Counted from the first letter of the stretch, positions 1 to 10,763 are shown. The stretch is DNA of 32,000 nucleotides from Xylanibacter ruminicola 23 (GCF_000025925.1 NC_014033.1:360001-392000); one strand, 5' to 3'. Numbers and translations: made by a program. The notes: generated from the sequence alone by a model not told the origin.

Positions 1-3000
1 CCGTAGAAGTGAATGGTGCCCGACTCTCAGAAGCCCAACTGGATATCGCCCTGAGCGATACAGCGGCTGTTGACACCACAGAATCGACAATGAAATGGAT
101 AGTAAATGCCGATTCGGTGAGTATCCTGAAGAGTAATTTCATGGTCCACCTGCCAGGCGACACGCTGAACGCCCAAGCCTATATGGGTAGGGCAGTGGCA
201 CGCGAAGTGCTGGCCGACCTTGGTAACAAGATTTATAAAGTGGGCAGTCTGGACTGGAACCAGGGACGCCTGAACTACGACAACCGCTACGAGCCAGAGG
301 TGAGCGGACTGGATTATAACCATCTGGCACTTACGGATATCAATCTGCGTATCGATTCGATTGAATACGTAGAGCCTAACACCTCTCTTATTATTAGAGA
401 CCTGAGGGCGAAGGAGAAAAGCGGTCTGCAGGTAAACCACCTGTCGGCCCGCGTAACGATGGACGACAAGCGACTCACCATCCCCCAACTGAGATTGCAA
501 ACGCCTGATACAGATATCGAGACCGAGCTGGCGATGGACTTTAATACCTTCGACACCCAGCAGCCTGGTGCGATGAAGCTGCGTTTGAATGCGCAGATAG
601 GTAAGCAGGATGTGATGCGTTTTGCCGGCGATATGCCACAGGCCTTTGTGCGCAACTATCCTAACCATCCCATCAGCATCAAGGGTTCGGTAAACGGAAA
701 TATGCAGCATATGGCGTTTACGGGGCTCAACATCCATCTGCCAACTGCCTTCCGCATCACAGCTACCGGTACGGCTGATAACGTAACTGATATCACCAAG
801 CTGAAGGCTGATATCGCCCTGAATGCCAAGACCGAGAATCTGAATTTTGCCTTGGCTTTGGCCGATCCTGCCTTGATGCGTAATTATCGCTTGCCAGGTA
901 TGGCGATAGATGGTAAGCTGAAGGCCGATGGCACCCGCTATGCCACCAATCTGACACTGCGCGAGGGTACAGGCATAGTAAAACTGAAGGGTAGTGCCAG
1001 CATTCCAACCAATGCTAAAGGTGATTTGCTGATGGCTGGCATAAGCTACGATGCCGATATGAGCATCAACCGTCTGAATCTGCACCATTTTATGCCACGC
1101 GACTCTATCTATACCATCACAGCCGATGTGAAGGCCAAGGGATATGGTACCGATTTCCTCTCGAACAAGAGCAAATTGACAGCCAGTGCCAAGATACACC
1201 AGTTGCAGTATGGCAGTTGGGACTTGAAGCAGATGAATGCCGAAGCCACCTTGGCTAACGGACATGCGTTGGCATCTATCACGGGTCATAACCAGTTGCT
1301 GCAAGGCACCATAGGTGTTGACGCCCAGTTGAATACCAAGAAGCTGATGGCTACCATCAGTGCCGATCTGGATAAGGCCGACCTGTACCGCATGCGTTTG
1401 GTTGATATGCCATTGGCGATTGGCTTATGCGGTTCGGTAGATGTGGTTTCGGATATGAAACTCACTCATCGTGTAACAGGCTTGGTGGATGAAATCTACA
1501 TCAAAGGTAAGAACGAAACCCTGCGACCCGATTTTATCGGACTGCATGTCAATACTACGGTAGATACCGTGATTGCCCGTATTCAGAGTGGCGACTTTAT
1601 CGTGAAGCTGGATGCCAAGGGCAACTACGAGCGCCTGCTGAAGAAACTCACCATCTTAGGCGACTCAACTGTGGCGCAGATTGATAAGCGCATCATCGAC
1701 CAACCTGCCATCAAGCGTCTGTTGCCCGAGATGAAACTGCATGTCGAGAGTAAGCGCGACAACCCGATGGCCAGTTTGCTCAAGGCGTTAGATGTTCAGT
1801 TCAAGGAGCTGATGCTGGATGTGAATACCTCGCCTGTAACAGGTATTAATGGTCAGAGCTATCTCTACTCGTTGGTTTACGATAGTACCCGTATCGATAC
1901 CATCCGTTTGAACCTCACACAGAAGGGCGACCGCTTAACCTACCAGGGTCAGGTGCGCAACAACAAGCGTAATCCGCAGTTTATCTTCAATGCCCTGATT
2001 GATGGTACCGTCCACCAGCATGGTGCATTGGTAGGCTTGCGCTTTTTCGACCAGCACGATAAAATGGGCTTGCGTTTAGGCGTGACAGCCGAGATGGAGA
2101 ACGATGGTATCCGCTTTAAGCTGTTGCCCGAGCGCCCAACTATTGGTTATAAGGAGTTTAACCTGAACAAGGACAACTTCCTGTTTATGGGTCGCAACAA
2201 GCGCTTGCAGGCAAAGGTGGACCTGATTGCCGACGATAAGACGGGTATCAAACTCTATACCGAGAACCAGGATTCTACCATGCTGCAGGATATCACCCTG
2301 AGTGTGAACAGTTTTGATTTGGGCGAGCTCACCTCGGTAATCCCATACCTGCCCCGTATTACGGGTAAGCTGAATGGCGACTACCATATCCTGCAGGATA
2401 AGAACGAGAATATCTCGGTGGCCAGCGATATGGCTGTGCGCCAGATGACCTACGAAGGGTCGCCCATTGGTAACATCAGTACCGAGTTGGTTTACCTGAT
2501 GAAGGAGGACGATACCCATGCCGTAGAGGCCCGCCTGATGCTCGACGACGAGGAGTTCGGTTTGCTGAGCGGTATCTACAAGAGTCAGGGCGAAGGCTTT
2601 ATCGATGCCAACTTTACGATGACGCGCCTGCCTCTGTCGCTGGTAAATGGATTTGTGCCCGACCAGTTGGTTGGCTTAGAGGGCTATGGCGAGGGTAGTG
2701 TAACCATTCGTGGCACCACCAGTCATCCCGAGGTGAATGGTGAGATGTACGTAGATTCGGCCTATCTGGTCAGCATCCCCTATGGCATCCGCATGCGTTT
2801 TGATAACGACCCCGTGCGTATCGTGGGCTCTAAGCTGCTGCTGGAGAACTTCGGACTCTACTCGAGCAATAACGACCTGCTGAACCTGATGGGTAACATC
2901 GACTTCTCGGATACCGAGCATATCATGATGGATATGCGTATGCGTGCCAACAACTTCCTGCTTATCAACTCTAAGCGTCAGGCCAAGAGTGTGGCATGGG

Positions 3001-4247
3001 GTAAGGCCTACGTTAACTTTATGAGTCGTATGCAGGGTCCGCTCGAGGCGCTGAATATGCGTGGCCGTCTGGATGTGCTGGGTTCTACCGATATGACCTA
3101 TATGCTGCTCGATTCGCCTCTCTCAACTGATAACCGTTTGGAAGAGCTGGTTAAGTTTACCGACTTCAGCGATTCTACCACCACGGTAGTTACGCGTCCT
3201 GCACCATCGGGCTTGAATGTTGATCTTACCATCAACGTATCGCAAGGTGCTCACGTGGTGTGCGACCTGAATGTAGATGAGAGCAACTACGTAGATTTGA
3301 TGGGTGGTGGCGACCTGCGTATGAAGTACAACGCCGAGGGTATCCACCTCACAGGTCGTTATACCTTGTCGAGTGGCGAGATGAAATACTCGTTGCCTGT
3401 AATCCCGCTCAAGACGTTTACCGTTAAGGAGGGCAGCTATGTAGAGTTTACGGGCGATCCGATGAATCCTAAACTGAACATCACGGCTACCGAGCGTACC
3501 AAGGCTAATGTAACCAACGAGGGTGGTGGCACCCGTTCGGTACTGTTTGATTGTGGTGTGATTATCACCAAGACGCTGAACGATATGGGTCTGGAGTTTA
3601 TCATCGATGCCCCAGAGGATCAGACGGTGAGTGGCGAGTTGACCACCATGTCGAAGGAGGAACGTGGAAAAATGGCTGTGGCGATGCTTACCACCGGTAT
3701 GTATCTGGCCGATACCAACACCAGTGCCTTCTCGATGAACTCGGCCTTGAGCTCGTTCCTGCAGAGCGAGATTAACACGATAGCAGGTTCGGCCTTGAAG
3801 ACACTCGACCTGAGCTTGGGTATCGATAACACTACCGATGCCTCAGGAGCGATGCATACCGACTACTCGTTTAAGTTTGCCAAGCGATTCTTCAACAATC
3901 GTCTGCGCATAGAGTTGGGTGGAAAAGTATCGTCGGGTGCTAATGATGCGATGGGTGGTCAGAACCAGTCGTTCTTCGATAATGTCACGATGGAGTATCG
4001 CCTGAATCAGGATGCCACCAAGAACCTGAAGCTGTTCTATAACCAGAACGTTTACGATTGGCTGGAGGGCTACACAGGCGAATATGGTATAGGTTTTGTT
4101 TGGCGCCGTAAGCTGAACTCGCTGAAGGATGTGTTTAGCTTCTGGAAGAAGGAGCAGCCCATGCTGATGCCACGAACCACCACGCCTCGCGATACCATCC
4201 GTAGGGATAGTGTTCCATCCACAAACAGAGAACGCCATGCTAAATAA
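1..4247 (+). CDS. tamB: TamB-like translocation and assembly module protein (AsmA/DUF490 family), 5' truncated by the window edge
   Basis: ORF 9..4247 (1412 aa) is open back to the window start and has no N-terminal membrane anchor, so it is probably partial. It is very long and beta-rich with a repetitive G/N/D/T-rich composition. The C-terminal region has a DUF490-like tail (LRIELGGKVS...NVTMEYRL...FYNQNVYDW). It overlaps the downstream Omp85 gene by 11 nt, the typical tamB/tamA-type pairing. Confidence 0.85.
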   Translation, partial: VEVNGARLSEAQLDIALSDTAAVDTTESTMKWIVNADSVSILKSNFMVHLPGDTLNAQAYMGRAVAREVLADLGNKIYKVGSLDWNQGRLNYDNRYEPEVSGLDYNHLALTDINLRIDSIEYVEPNTSLIIRDLRAKEKSGLQVNHLSARVTMDDKRLTIPQLRLQTPDTDIETELAMDFNTFDTQQPGAMKLRLNAQIGKQDVMRFAGDMPQAFVRNYPNHPISIKGSVNGNMQHMAFTGLNIHLPTAFRITATGTADNVTDITKLKADIALNAKTENLNFALALADPALMRNYRLPGMAIDGKLKADGTRYATNLTLREGTGIVKLKGSASIPTNAKGDLLMAGISYDADMSINRLNLHHFMPRDSIYTITADVKAKGYGTDFLSNKSKLTASAKIHQLQYGSWDLKQMNAEATLANGHALASITGHNQLLQGTIGVDAQLNTKKLMATISADLDKADLYRMRLVDMPLAIGLCGSVDVVSDMKLTHRVTGLVDEIYIKGKNETLRPDFIGLHVNTTVDTVIARIQSGDFIVKLDAKGNYERLLKKLTILGDSTVAQIDKRIIDQPAIKRLLPEMKLHVESKRDNPMASLLKALDVQFKELMLDVNTSPVTGINGQSYLYSLVYDSTRIDTIRLNLTQKGDRLTYQGQVRNNKRNPQFIFNALIDGTVHQHGALVGLRFFDQHDKMGLRLGVTAEMENDGIRFKLLPERPTIGYKEFNLNKDNFLFMGRNKRLQAKVDLIADDKTGIKLYTENQDSTMLQDITLSVNSFDLGELTSVIPYLPRITGKLNGDYHILQDKNENISVASDMAVRQMTYEGSPIGNISTELVYLMKEDDTHAVEARLMLDDEEFGLLSGIYKSQGEGFIDANFTMTRLPLSLVNGFVPDQLVGLEGYGEGSVTIRGTTSHPEVNGEMYVDSAYLVSIPYGIRMRFDNDPVRIVGSKLLLENFGLYSSNNDLLNLMGNIDFSDTEHIMMDMRMRANNFLLINSKRQAKSVAWGKAYVNFMSRMQGPLEALNMRGRLDVLGSTDMTYMLLDSPLSTDNRLEELVKFTDFSDSTTTVVTRPAPSGLNVDLTINVSQGAHVVCDLNVDESNYVDLMGGGDLRMKYNAEGIHLTGRYTLSSGEMKYSLPVIPLKTFTVKEGSYVEFTGDPMNPKLNITATERTKANVTNEGGGTRSVLFDCGVIITKTLNDMGLEFIIDAPEDQTVSGELTTMSKEERGKMAVAMLTTGMYLADTNTSAFSMNSALSSFLQSEINTIAGSALKTLDLSLGIDNTTDASGAMHTDYSFKFAKRFFNNRLRIELGGKVSSGANDAMGGQNQSFFDNVTMEYRLNQDATKNLKLFYNQNVYDWLEGYTGEYGIGFVWRRKLNSLKDVFSFWKKEQPMLMPRTTTPRDTIRRDSVPSTNRERHAK

Positions 4248-6573
4248 TATCAAGTATATACCCCTAGTGCTTTGTCTGGCTTCGTGCTCAATGACAAAGA
4301 ATATCCCTGAAGGCGAGCAGCTCTTTACGGGACTTACCAAGATAGCCTACGACGATGCGAAGGAATACGATGTTGAGGCTTACGACACCCACTTGGAGAA
4401 TACCAAGGTTGAGCTCGAGGCCGCCTTGGCTACCGAGCCCAACGGATCGCTGTTTGGCAGTAGCTATTACACCGTGCCCTGGTCGTGGCACCTGTGGGTA
4501 TATAATAAGTACGCGGGTAAGGATTCGGGCTTTGCACGCTGGATGACCAAGACGTTTGGTAAGCCACCCGTTCTGATGAGTCAGGTTAACCCCGAGCTTC
4601 GCAGTAGTGTGGCACGATCGGTATTGCGCAATAACGGCTATTTTCGTGGCGATGTAACTTACGAGCTGGTGCCACAGAAGAATGCCAAGAAGTGTAAGAT
4701 TGGCTATACCGTACATCTCGACTCGCTGTTTACACTCGACTCTGTGAGCTATGTTAACTTCCCGGCTCCCATCCAGGCATTGATTGATTCAACCCGCGAC
4801 GAGAGTCTCATCAAGAGCCAGTCGCCCTTCAGTATCAATAACCTTGATGCCGAGCGCACCCGTATCAGCACGCTGCTGCGTAACAATGGCTACTATTATT
4901 ACAGTCCTAGCTATGCCTCGTACCTGGCTGATACCTTTGCTGTAGATAACAAGGCCCAGCTCAGGTTCCAGCTGGCACACGGCCTGCCCGATGTGGCCCT
5001 GCGCAAGTGGTATATCGGCAAGCTGGATGTTAACTTCCGCAAGTCGGCCCGCGAGGTGCTTACCGATTCGGTACAGCGCCGTTATCTCACCATTCATTTC
5101 AATGGTAAGAAGTCGCCCATCATGCCTCGCGTGGTGTTGCGTAACCTCAGTCTGCGCCCACGCCAGGAGTATAGCTACGAGAAATATATGGAGTCGGCCA
5201 GCAGGATTAACGCCACAGGTGTGTTCAGTAGTACCGACTTCCAGTTCACGCCCCGTCCCGATTCTGATACCCTCGACCTGCGCCTGAACTGCACCTTTGA
5301 TAAACCCTACGATTTCTATATCGAGTGTAATGCCATCGGACGTACCAGTGGCCGATATGGTCCTCAGGCCCGAATCGGTCTTACCCGTCGTAATGCTTTC
5401 CATGCCGGCGAGAAACTTGATTTGAACCTGCATGGTGCCTACGAGTGGCAGAAGAGTGCCGATGCTGATATGAACAGCTATCAGTATGGTGCCGATGTGT
5501 CGATTGAGTTCCCACGTATCATTGCACCTTTTGTTCATAGCGATCGTGTGCGCCGCGATAAGAATGGTCGTGTCATCCGTCGCCATTTCTATTCTACACC
5601 TACCACCTATGCCAAGGTGTCGAGCGATGTGATTCGTCGCCCCGATTATTATAAGATGCATATCGTAAGTGGCGAGTGGACCTATCGCTGGCAGTCGTCG
5701 GTCAATAGTCGCCACGAGTTCTCGCCCCTCACGCTCAAGTATCAGTTCGTAAACAGCCATACCGATAAGTTCGACTCGGTGATTGTTGAGAATCCCTATC
5801 TGGCAGCCTCGATGGAGGACTGCTTCATGCCTAAGATGCGCTATACCTATATGTACACCAGTCCGTCGTCGTTGCGCCATCCCATCCGTTGGGAGGTAAC
5901 AGTCGAAGAGTCGGGCAATCTGGTATCGCTTTGGGATTATGCGTTCGGGCGCTCTTTCAGCGAGAAGGATAAGGAGCTGTTTAAAACCCCATATTCGCAG
6001 TTTCTGCGTTTAGAGGCCGATTTCTCAAAAACGTGGAATCTCACCCCAACCTCACAGCTGATAGGGCATTTCAATGGTGGCATTATCTACTGTTATGGCA
6101 ATAGCAGCGAGGCACCTTACAGCGAGTACTTCTATGTGGGAGGTGCCAATACCATCCGTGCCTTTGGCGTACGCTCCATTGGTCCTGGTCGCTTTGATGG
6201 TCGTGGGTTAGGTCGCCAGCTCGATTATCTGATACAGAATGGCGAGACAAAGCTGGTGGGTAACCTGGAGTATCGCACCAAGCTGTTTGGCGATTTGAAT
6301 GGTGCCGTGTTCCTGGATGCTGGTAACGTATGGGACTTTACCGACGAGTATGTCGAGGGAGGCAAATTCCCCACATCGCTTAAGCAGTTGGTAAAGACCA
6401 CGGCGCTTGGCACAGGTGTGGGCTTGCGATACGATCTGGGCTTCCTGGTTATCCGCTTAGACTGGGGCTTAGCCATCCACTGTCCGTACGATACGGGTAA
6501 GTCGGGCTATTTTAATGTGCCCAGCTTTAGTGGTGCCCATACTTTGCATTTTGCAGTTGGTTATCCGTTCTAA
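4237..6573 (+). CDS. Omp85/BamA-family outer-membrane protein, lipoprotein form (TamL-like partner of TamB)
   Basis: I chose the internal ATG at 4237, which gives MLNNIKYIPLVLCLASC with lipobox LASC, over the ORF-track start at 4210. The product has a bacterial surface antigen (D15)-type C-terminal barrel (GGANTIRAFG, LEYRTKLFGDLNGAVFLDAGNVW) and ends in the barrel signature ...HFAVGYPF. Confidence 0.85.
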   Translation: MLNNIKYIPLVLCLASCSMTKNIPEGEQLFTGLTKIAYDDAKEYDVEAYDTHLENTKVELEAALATEPNGSLFGSSYYTVPWSWHLWVYNKYAGKDSGFARWMTKTFGKPPVLMSQVNPELRSSVARSVLRNNGYFRGDVTYELVPQKNAKKCKIGYTVHLDSLFTLDSVSYVNFPAPIQALIDSTRDESLIKSQSPFSINNLDAERTRISTLLRNNGYYYYSPSYASYLADTFAVDNKAQLRFQLAHGLPDVALRKWYIGKLDVNFRKSAREVLTDSVQRRYLTIHFNGKKSPIMPRVVLRNLSLRPRQEYSYEKYMESASRINATGVFSSTDFQFTPRPDSDTLDLRLNCTFDKPYDFYIECNAIGRTSGRYGPQARIGLTRRNAFHAGEKLDLNLHGAYEWQKSADADMNSYQYGADVSIEFPRIIAPFVHSDRVRRDKNGRVIRRHFYSTPTTYAKVSSDVIRRPDYYKMHIVSGEWTYRWQSSVNSRHEFSPLTLKYQFVNSHTDKFDSVIVENPYLAASMEDCFMPKMRYTYMYTSPSSLRHPIRWEVTVEESGNLVSLWDYAFGRSFSEKDKELFKTPYSQFLRLEADFSKTWNLTPTSQLIGHFNGGIIYCYGNSSEAPYSEYFYVGGANTIRAFGVRSIGPGRFDGRGLGRQLDYLIQNGETKLVGNLEYRTKLFGDLNGAVFLDAGNVWDFTDEYVEGGKFPTSLKQLVKTTALGTGVGLRYDLGFLVIRLDWGLAIHCPYDTGKSGYFNVPSFSGAHTLHFAVGYPF

Positions 6574-6591
6574 CGCATTTTTTTCGATTCT

Positions 6592-6625
6592 TTTGTGCTT
6601 AAGTCCAAAATATTTTGTACCTTTG
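6592..6625 (+). promoter_or_regulatory. Bacteroidetes sigma-A type promoter (TTTG ... TACCTTTG) for the nucleotidyltransferase/nrnA unit
   Basis: TTTG at 6592-6595 and TACCTTTG at 6618-6625 match the TAnnTTTG -7 consensus. They lie about 40 nt upstream of the ATG at 6666. Confidence 0.6.
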
Positions 6626-6665
6626 CACGCAAAAAATTGATATAACTCAAAAAATTTTAGAAAAA

Positions 6666-7607
6666 ATGAAACCGACTTTGTTTTTGCTCGCAGCTGGTAT
6701 GGGTAGCCGTTACGGCGGTTTGAAGCAGCTCGACGGTCTGGGCCCAAATGGCGAGACCATTATGGATTATAGTATTTACGATGCCATCCAGGCTGGCTTT
6801 GGCAAAATTGTATGGGTTATCCGTAAGGATTTCGAGGAGCAGTTCCGCACCCAGATTCTCGCTAAGTACGAGGGTAAGGTAAAGTGCGAACTCTGTTTCC
6901 AGGCACTCGACGCACTGCCCGAGGGCTTCAGCGTTCCCGAAGGCCGTCAGAAGCCATGGGGTACCAACCACGCTGTACTCATGGGTAAGGACGTTATCAA
7001 GGAGCCTTTCTGTGTAATTAACTGCGACGATTTCTACAATCGCGATGCCTTCATGGTTATTGGTAAGTACCTGGCAAATCTGCCCGAGGGTGCTAAGAAC
7101 CAGTATGCTATGGTAGGTTTCCGTGTAGGCAATACCCTCTCTGAGAATGGTACTGTAGCACGTGGTGTCTGCTCAAAGAACGAAAAGGGCCACCTGACAA
7201 CTGTAGTAGAGCGTACCGAGATTGTACGTTGCGCTGAGGATGGTTCGAACGCAGGTGCCGCTAACGAGCCTGTTCGTTATAAGGACGAGGACGGCAAGTG
7301 GGTAGCTGTCGAGGATAACACTCCTGTATCAATGAATATGTGGGGCTTCACACCCGATTACTTCCAGTATTCTGAGGAGTACTTCAAGGAGTTCCTGAGC
7401 GATCCAAAGAACCTCGAGAACCTTAAGGCCGAGTTCTTTATCCCCCTCATGGTTAACAAGCTCATCAACGACGGTACTGCTACTGTCGAGGTTCTCGATA
7501 CCACCAGCAAGTGGTTCGGCGTAACCTATGCAGCCGATCGCGACGCTACTGTTGCTCGTATCAAGCAGCTGGTCGACGAGGGTGTATATCCTAACAAATT
7601 GTTCTAA
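6666..7607 (+). CDS. Nucleotidyltransferase family protein (sugar-1-phosphate NTP-transferase-like)
   Basis: Start taken at ATG 6666 (MKPTLFLLAAGMGSRYGGLKQLD). This is the glycine-rich LxAGxGxR...K loop of NTP_transferase enzymes. The ORF-track extension from 6615 runs across the promoter box. Substrate unknown. Confidence 0.7.
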   Translation: MKPTLFLLAAGMGSRYGGLKQLDGLGPNGETIMDYSIYDAIQAGFGKIVWVIRKDFEEQFRTQILAKYEGKVKCELCFQALDALPEGFSVPEGRQKPWGTNHAVLMGKDVIKEPFCVINCDDFYNRDAFMVIGKYLANLPEGAKNQYAMVGFRVGNTLSENGTVARGVCSKNEKGHLTTVVERTEIVRCAEDGSNAGAANEPVRYKDEDGKWVAVEDNTPVSMNMWGFTPDYFQYSEEYFKEFLSDPKNLENLKAEFFIPLMVNKLINDGTATVEVLDTTSKWFGVTYAADRDATVARIKQLVDEGVYPNKLF

Positions 7608-8639
7608 ATGAATATAAACATTTTAGATACTAATCAGCTGGCCCTGATGGACCAGCTGATTTCTGATGCAAATACGGTACTTGTGGTTTGCCACAAGAGT
7701 CCTGATGGCGATGCTATCGGCTCGTCGTTAGGATGGGCTGAGTATATGCGCTTGCGCGGAAAGGATGTTACCGTGATTGTGCCCGATCAGTATCCCGACT
7801 TCCTGATGTGGTTGCCCAATACTGATAAGATTGTGCGTTACGATAAGCATCGCGAAAAGTGCGATATGCTGTTTAAGATTGCCGACCTGGTTTTCTGTCT
7901 CGACTTCAATACACCAAGTCGTGTCGACGAGATGGAGCAGGCCTTGGTAAGCACTAAGGCCAAGAAGGTGCTTATCGATCACCACCTGAAGCCCGATGTA
8001 CCTGCCGACCTGGTAGTGTCGCAGCCCGAGGCTTCGAGCACTTGCGAACTGGTGTTCCGCATTGTATGGCAGATGGGCGCTTTTGCCCAGCTGGATAAGG
8101 CTTTTGCCGTACCCGTGTATTGTGGAATGATGACCGATACAGGTGGCTTTACCTTCAACAGCACCCGTCCCGAGATTTTCCAGATTATCAGCGAGCTGCT
8201 CACCAAGCGCATCGATAAGGATCGTATCTATCGCAACGTGTATCATAACTATTCCGAGGATCGTATCCGCTTGATGGGGTATGTGATGTACGAGAAGCTG
8301 GTTTATATGCCCGAGTATCATGCCGCCTACTATTCGATTACTCGCGACGAGCTGAAGCGTTTCAACTATATCAAGGGCGATACCGAGGGCTTGGTAAACA
8401 TGCCCCAGCAGATTAAGGGGCTTAAACTGTCGATCTCGTTGCGCGAGGATACCGAGAAGAATATGGTTTGGGTTAGTCTGCGCTCTGTCGACGACTTTCC
8501 CTGCAACCTGATGGCCGAGGAGTTCTTTAATGGTGGCGGACACCTGAATGCATCGGGCGGAAAGGTTGAAGGAACCATCGAAGAGGCGATTGAAATTACC
8601 AAAAAGGCAATTTCTGCCTATGAAAACAAGTTAAAGTAG
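7608..8639 (+). CDS. nrnA: DHH/DHHA1 phosphoesterase, NrnA-like oligoribonuclease / pAp phosphatase
   Basis: Motifs CHKSPDGDAIGS, LIDHH (DHH) and FNGGGHLNASGG (DHHA1 GGGH). The ATG abuts the upstream stop (TAAATG). Confidence 0.85.
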   Translation: MNINILDTNQLALMDQLISDANTVLVVCHKSPDGDAIGSSLGWAEYMRLRGKDVTVIVPDQYPDFLMWLPNTDKIVRYDKHREKCDMLFKIADLVFCLDFNTPSRVDEMEQALVSTKAKKVLIDHHLKPDVPADLVVSQPEASSTCELVFRIVWQMGAFAQLDKAFAVPVYCGMMTDTGGFTFNSTRPEIFQIISELLTKRIDKDRIYRNVYHNYSEDRIRLMGYVMYEKLVYMPEYHAAYYSITRDELKRFNYIKGDTEGLVNMPQQIKGLKLSISLREDTEKNMVWVSLRSVDDFPCNLMAEEFFNGGGHLNASGGKVEGTIEEAIEITKKAISAYENKLK

Positions 8640-8645
8640 CCTAAT

Positions 8646-8679
8646 ATTGTTGGTGTTTACGAAAATATTCGTATTTTTG
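8646..8679 (+). promoter_or_regulatory. Bacteroidetes-type promoter, -7 box TATTTTTG
   Basis: TATTTTTG at 8672-8679, 24 nt upstream of ATG 8703. Only a weak TTG stands at the -33 position (8647-8649). Confidence 0.5.
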
Positions 8680-8702
8680 CACCATCAAATAGTAAATGCA
8701 AG

Positions 8703-9350
8703 ATGAAGAAGATACTGTTTATCATGATAGCCATGGCCGCTGTTCTCAGCAGTTGTAACGACTATGAGACCTACGGCGATAAGAAGGAAAAGGAACGTAA
8801 TGCTATTGCAAAGTTCATTTCCGACCGCTCGATTGTTGTTATTAGCGAGGATCAGTTTAACCAGCAGGGTTTCACCACCGATACGGTTAAGAACCAGTAT
8901 GTAAAGCTTGATAAGAGTGGTGTGTACATGCAGATTGTTCGCCCAGGCTGTGGCACCCAGCTGCAGGATGGCGAGAGCACTCGTCTGGTAGCCCGATTCG
9001 CTGAGTATAATATCCTTGAGGATACCACAACTATCTGCAACAACAATCCACGCTTGTCGTATAGTGGCATTTCGGTGGTAACACTGCCCGACATTATATC
9101 AGTATCTCGCTCAGGTAGCTCTTTCACTGCATCGTTCGAGAGCGGACTAATGTATAAGGCTTATTCGAGTGCTTCGGTACCTTCAGGCTGGTTGGTTCCC
9201 CTTACTTATGTAAAGGTGGGCCGCCCTCAGTCGCTTACCGACGAGTGCGCCAAGGTGCGCCTGATTGTGCCTCATTCTCAGGGTCATGCTACAGCTTCGA
9301 GCTATGTAACACCCTATTATTATGAGCTCACATTCCAACGTGAATCTTAA
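8703..9350 (+). CDS. Lipoprotein of unknown function (possibly the DUF4827 family that neighbours glmM in Bacteroidales)
   Basis: Signal peptide plus lipobox MKKILFIMIAMAAVLSSC. No catalytic motif recognised. The family assignment is from memory of synteny only. Confidence 0.6.
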   Translation: MKKILFIMIAMAAVLSSCNDYETYGDKKEKERNAIAKFISDRSIVVISEDQFNQQGFTTDTVKNQYVKLDKSGVYMQIVRPGCGTQLQDGESTRLVARFAEYNILEDTTTICNNNPRLSYSGISVVTLPDIISVSRSGSSFTASFESGLMYKAYSSASVPSGWLVPLTYVKVGRPQSLTDECAKVRLIVPHSQGHATASSYVTPYYYELTFQRES

Positions 9351-9368
9351 GAGAATTATAAACATATT

Positions 9369-10742
9369 ATGACATTAATCAAATCTATTTCCGGCATCCG
9401 TGGTACAATCGGCGGACGCACAGGTGACACGCTTAATCCTTTAGACATAGTAAAGTTTACCACTGCTTATGCCCAGTTTATTGGTGGCAAAAAGATAGTA
9501 GTGGGTCGCGATGGTCGTATTTCAGGCCTGATGGTTCGTAACGTAGTAGTTGGAACCTTGATGGGTATGGGCTACGATGTAATCGATATTGGTTATGCCA
9601 CTACACCAACCACCGAGTTGGCTGTACGTATGGCAGGTGCCGATGGTGGTATTATCATTACCGCCTCGCATAATCCCCGTCAGTGGAATGCCCTGAAGCT
9701 GCTCAACAGCGAGGGTGAGTTCCTTACAGCAGCCGATGGCGCCGAGGTGCTCCGTCTGGCCGAGGCCGAGGATTTTGATTATGCCGAAGTTGATCAGTTG
9801 GGTTCTTGCACCATCGACGATAGCTTCAACCAGCGTCATATCGACTCAGTGCTGGCACTTAAGTTGGTTGATCGCGAGGCCATCAGCAAGCGTAAGTTCC
9901 GTGTGTGCGTAGATACCATCAACTCAGTAGGTGGTATTATCCTGCCCGACCTGTTTAAGGCGCTTGATGTAGATTACGAGATTCTGAATGGCGAGTGCAC
10001 AGGCGACTTTGCCCACAACCCCGAGCCATTGGAGAAGAACCTGCATGGTATCATGGATAAGATGAAGAAGGGTGGTTTCGACCTGGGTATCGTAGTTGAT
10101 CCCGATGTCGACCGTCTGGCCTTTATCTGCGAGGATGGCACCATGTTTGGCGAGGAGTACACACTGGTATCAGTAGCCGATTATGTGCTGAGCCACACAG
10201 TAGGTAATACCGTTTCAAACCTCAGCTCAACCCGCGCTCTGCGCGACGTTACCGAGCAGCACGGTGGCCAGTACACCGCTGCAGCCGTAGGCGAGGTTAA
10301 CGTAACTACCAAGATGAAAGAGGTAGGCGCCGTGATTGGTGGCGAGGGTAATGGCGGAGTAATCTATCCCGAGAGCCACTATGGTCGTGATGCCCTCGTA
10401 GGTATCGCCCTGTTCCTGTCAAGTCTGGCTCAGAAGGGTTGCAAGGTAAGCGAGCTTCGTGCCACCTTCCCCGACTATCAGATTGCCAAGAACCGCATCG
10501 ACCTTACTCCTGAGACTGATGTTGATGCCATCCTGGTAAAGGTTAAGGAGATGTTTGCTAAGGATAGCAGCGCTGTAGTTAACGATATCGACGGTGTGAA
10601 GATCGACTTCCCCGATCGTTGGGTACACTTGCGCAAGTCTAACACCGAGCCTATCATCCGCGTGTATAGCGAGGCCCAGACCATGGAGCAGGCCGACGAC
10701 CTTGGTAAGCAGCTCATGCAGGTGGTTTACGATATGCAATAA
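9369..10742 (+). CDS. glmM: Phosphoglucosamine mutase (alpha-D-phosphohexomutase superfamily)
   Basis: Active-site phosphoserine loop ITASHNP, metal loop VVDPDVDRLAF and sugar loop GGEGNGG; 457 aa. Confidence 0.88.
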   Translation: MTLIKSISGIRGTIGGRTGDTLNPLDIVKFTTAYAQFIGGKKIVVGRDGRISGLMVRNVVVGTLMGMGYDVIDIGYATTPTTELAVRMAGADGGIIITASHNPRQWNALKLLNSEGEFLTAADGAEVLRLAEAEDFDYAEVDQLGSCTIDDSFNQRHIDSVLALKLVDREAISKRKFRVCVDTINSVGGIILPDLFKALDVDYEILNGECTGDFAHNPEPLEKNLHGIMDKMKKGGFDLGIVVDPDVDRLAFICEDGTMFGEEYTLVSVADYVLSHTVGNTVSNLSSTRALRDVTEQHGGQYTAAAVGEVNVTTKMKEVGAVIGGEGNGGVIYPESHYGRDALVGIALFLSSLAQKGCKVSELRATFPDYQIAKNRIDLTPETDVDAILVKVKEMFAKDSSAVVNDIDGVKIDFPDRWVHLRKSNTEPIIRVYSEAQTMEQADDLGKQLMQVVYDMQ

Positions 10743-10763
10743 TACATTATTAAATATGATTTC

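Noticed and set aside
27-1304. 425-aa minus-strand ORF inside tamB, and similar antisense ORFs at 4789-5880, 7728-8543, 14429-15004, 15753-16316, 17095-17769 and 26470-27072
   Set aside because: Each lies fully inside a well-supported gene on the opposite strand. They have no motifs, an odd composition (Q/H/G/L/V-rich) and no promoter or start context. I treat them as shadow ORFs.
4210-4236. ORF-track N-terminal extensions at 4210 (Omp85), 6615 (nucleotidyltransferase) and 13928 (sppA)
   Set aside because: In each case a downstream ATG gives a proper signal peptide or lipobox, or the conserved N-terminal motif. The extensions at 6615 and 13928 also run through promoter boxes.
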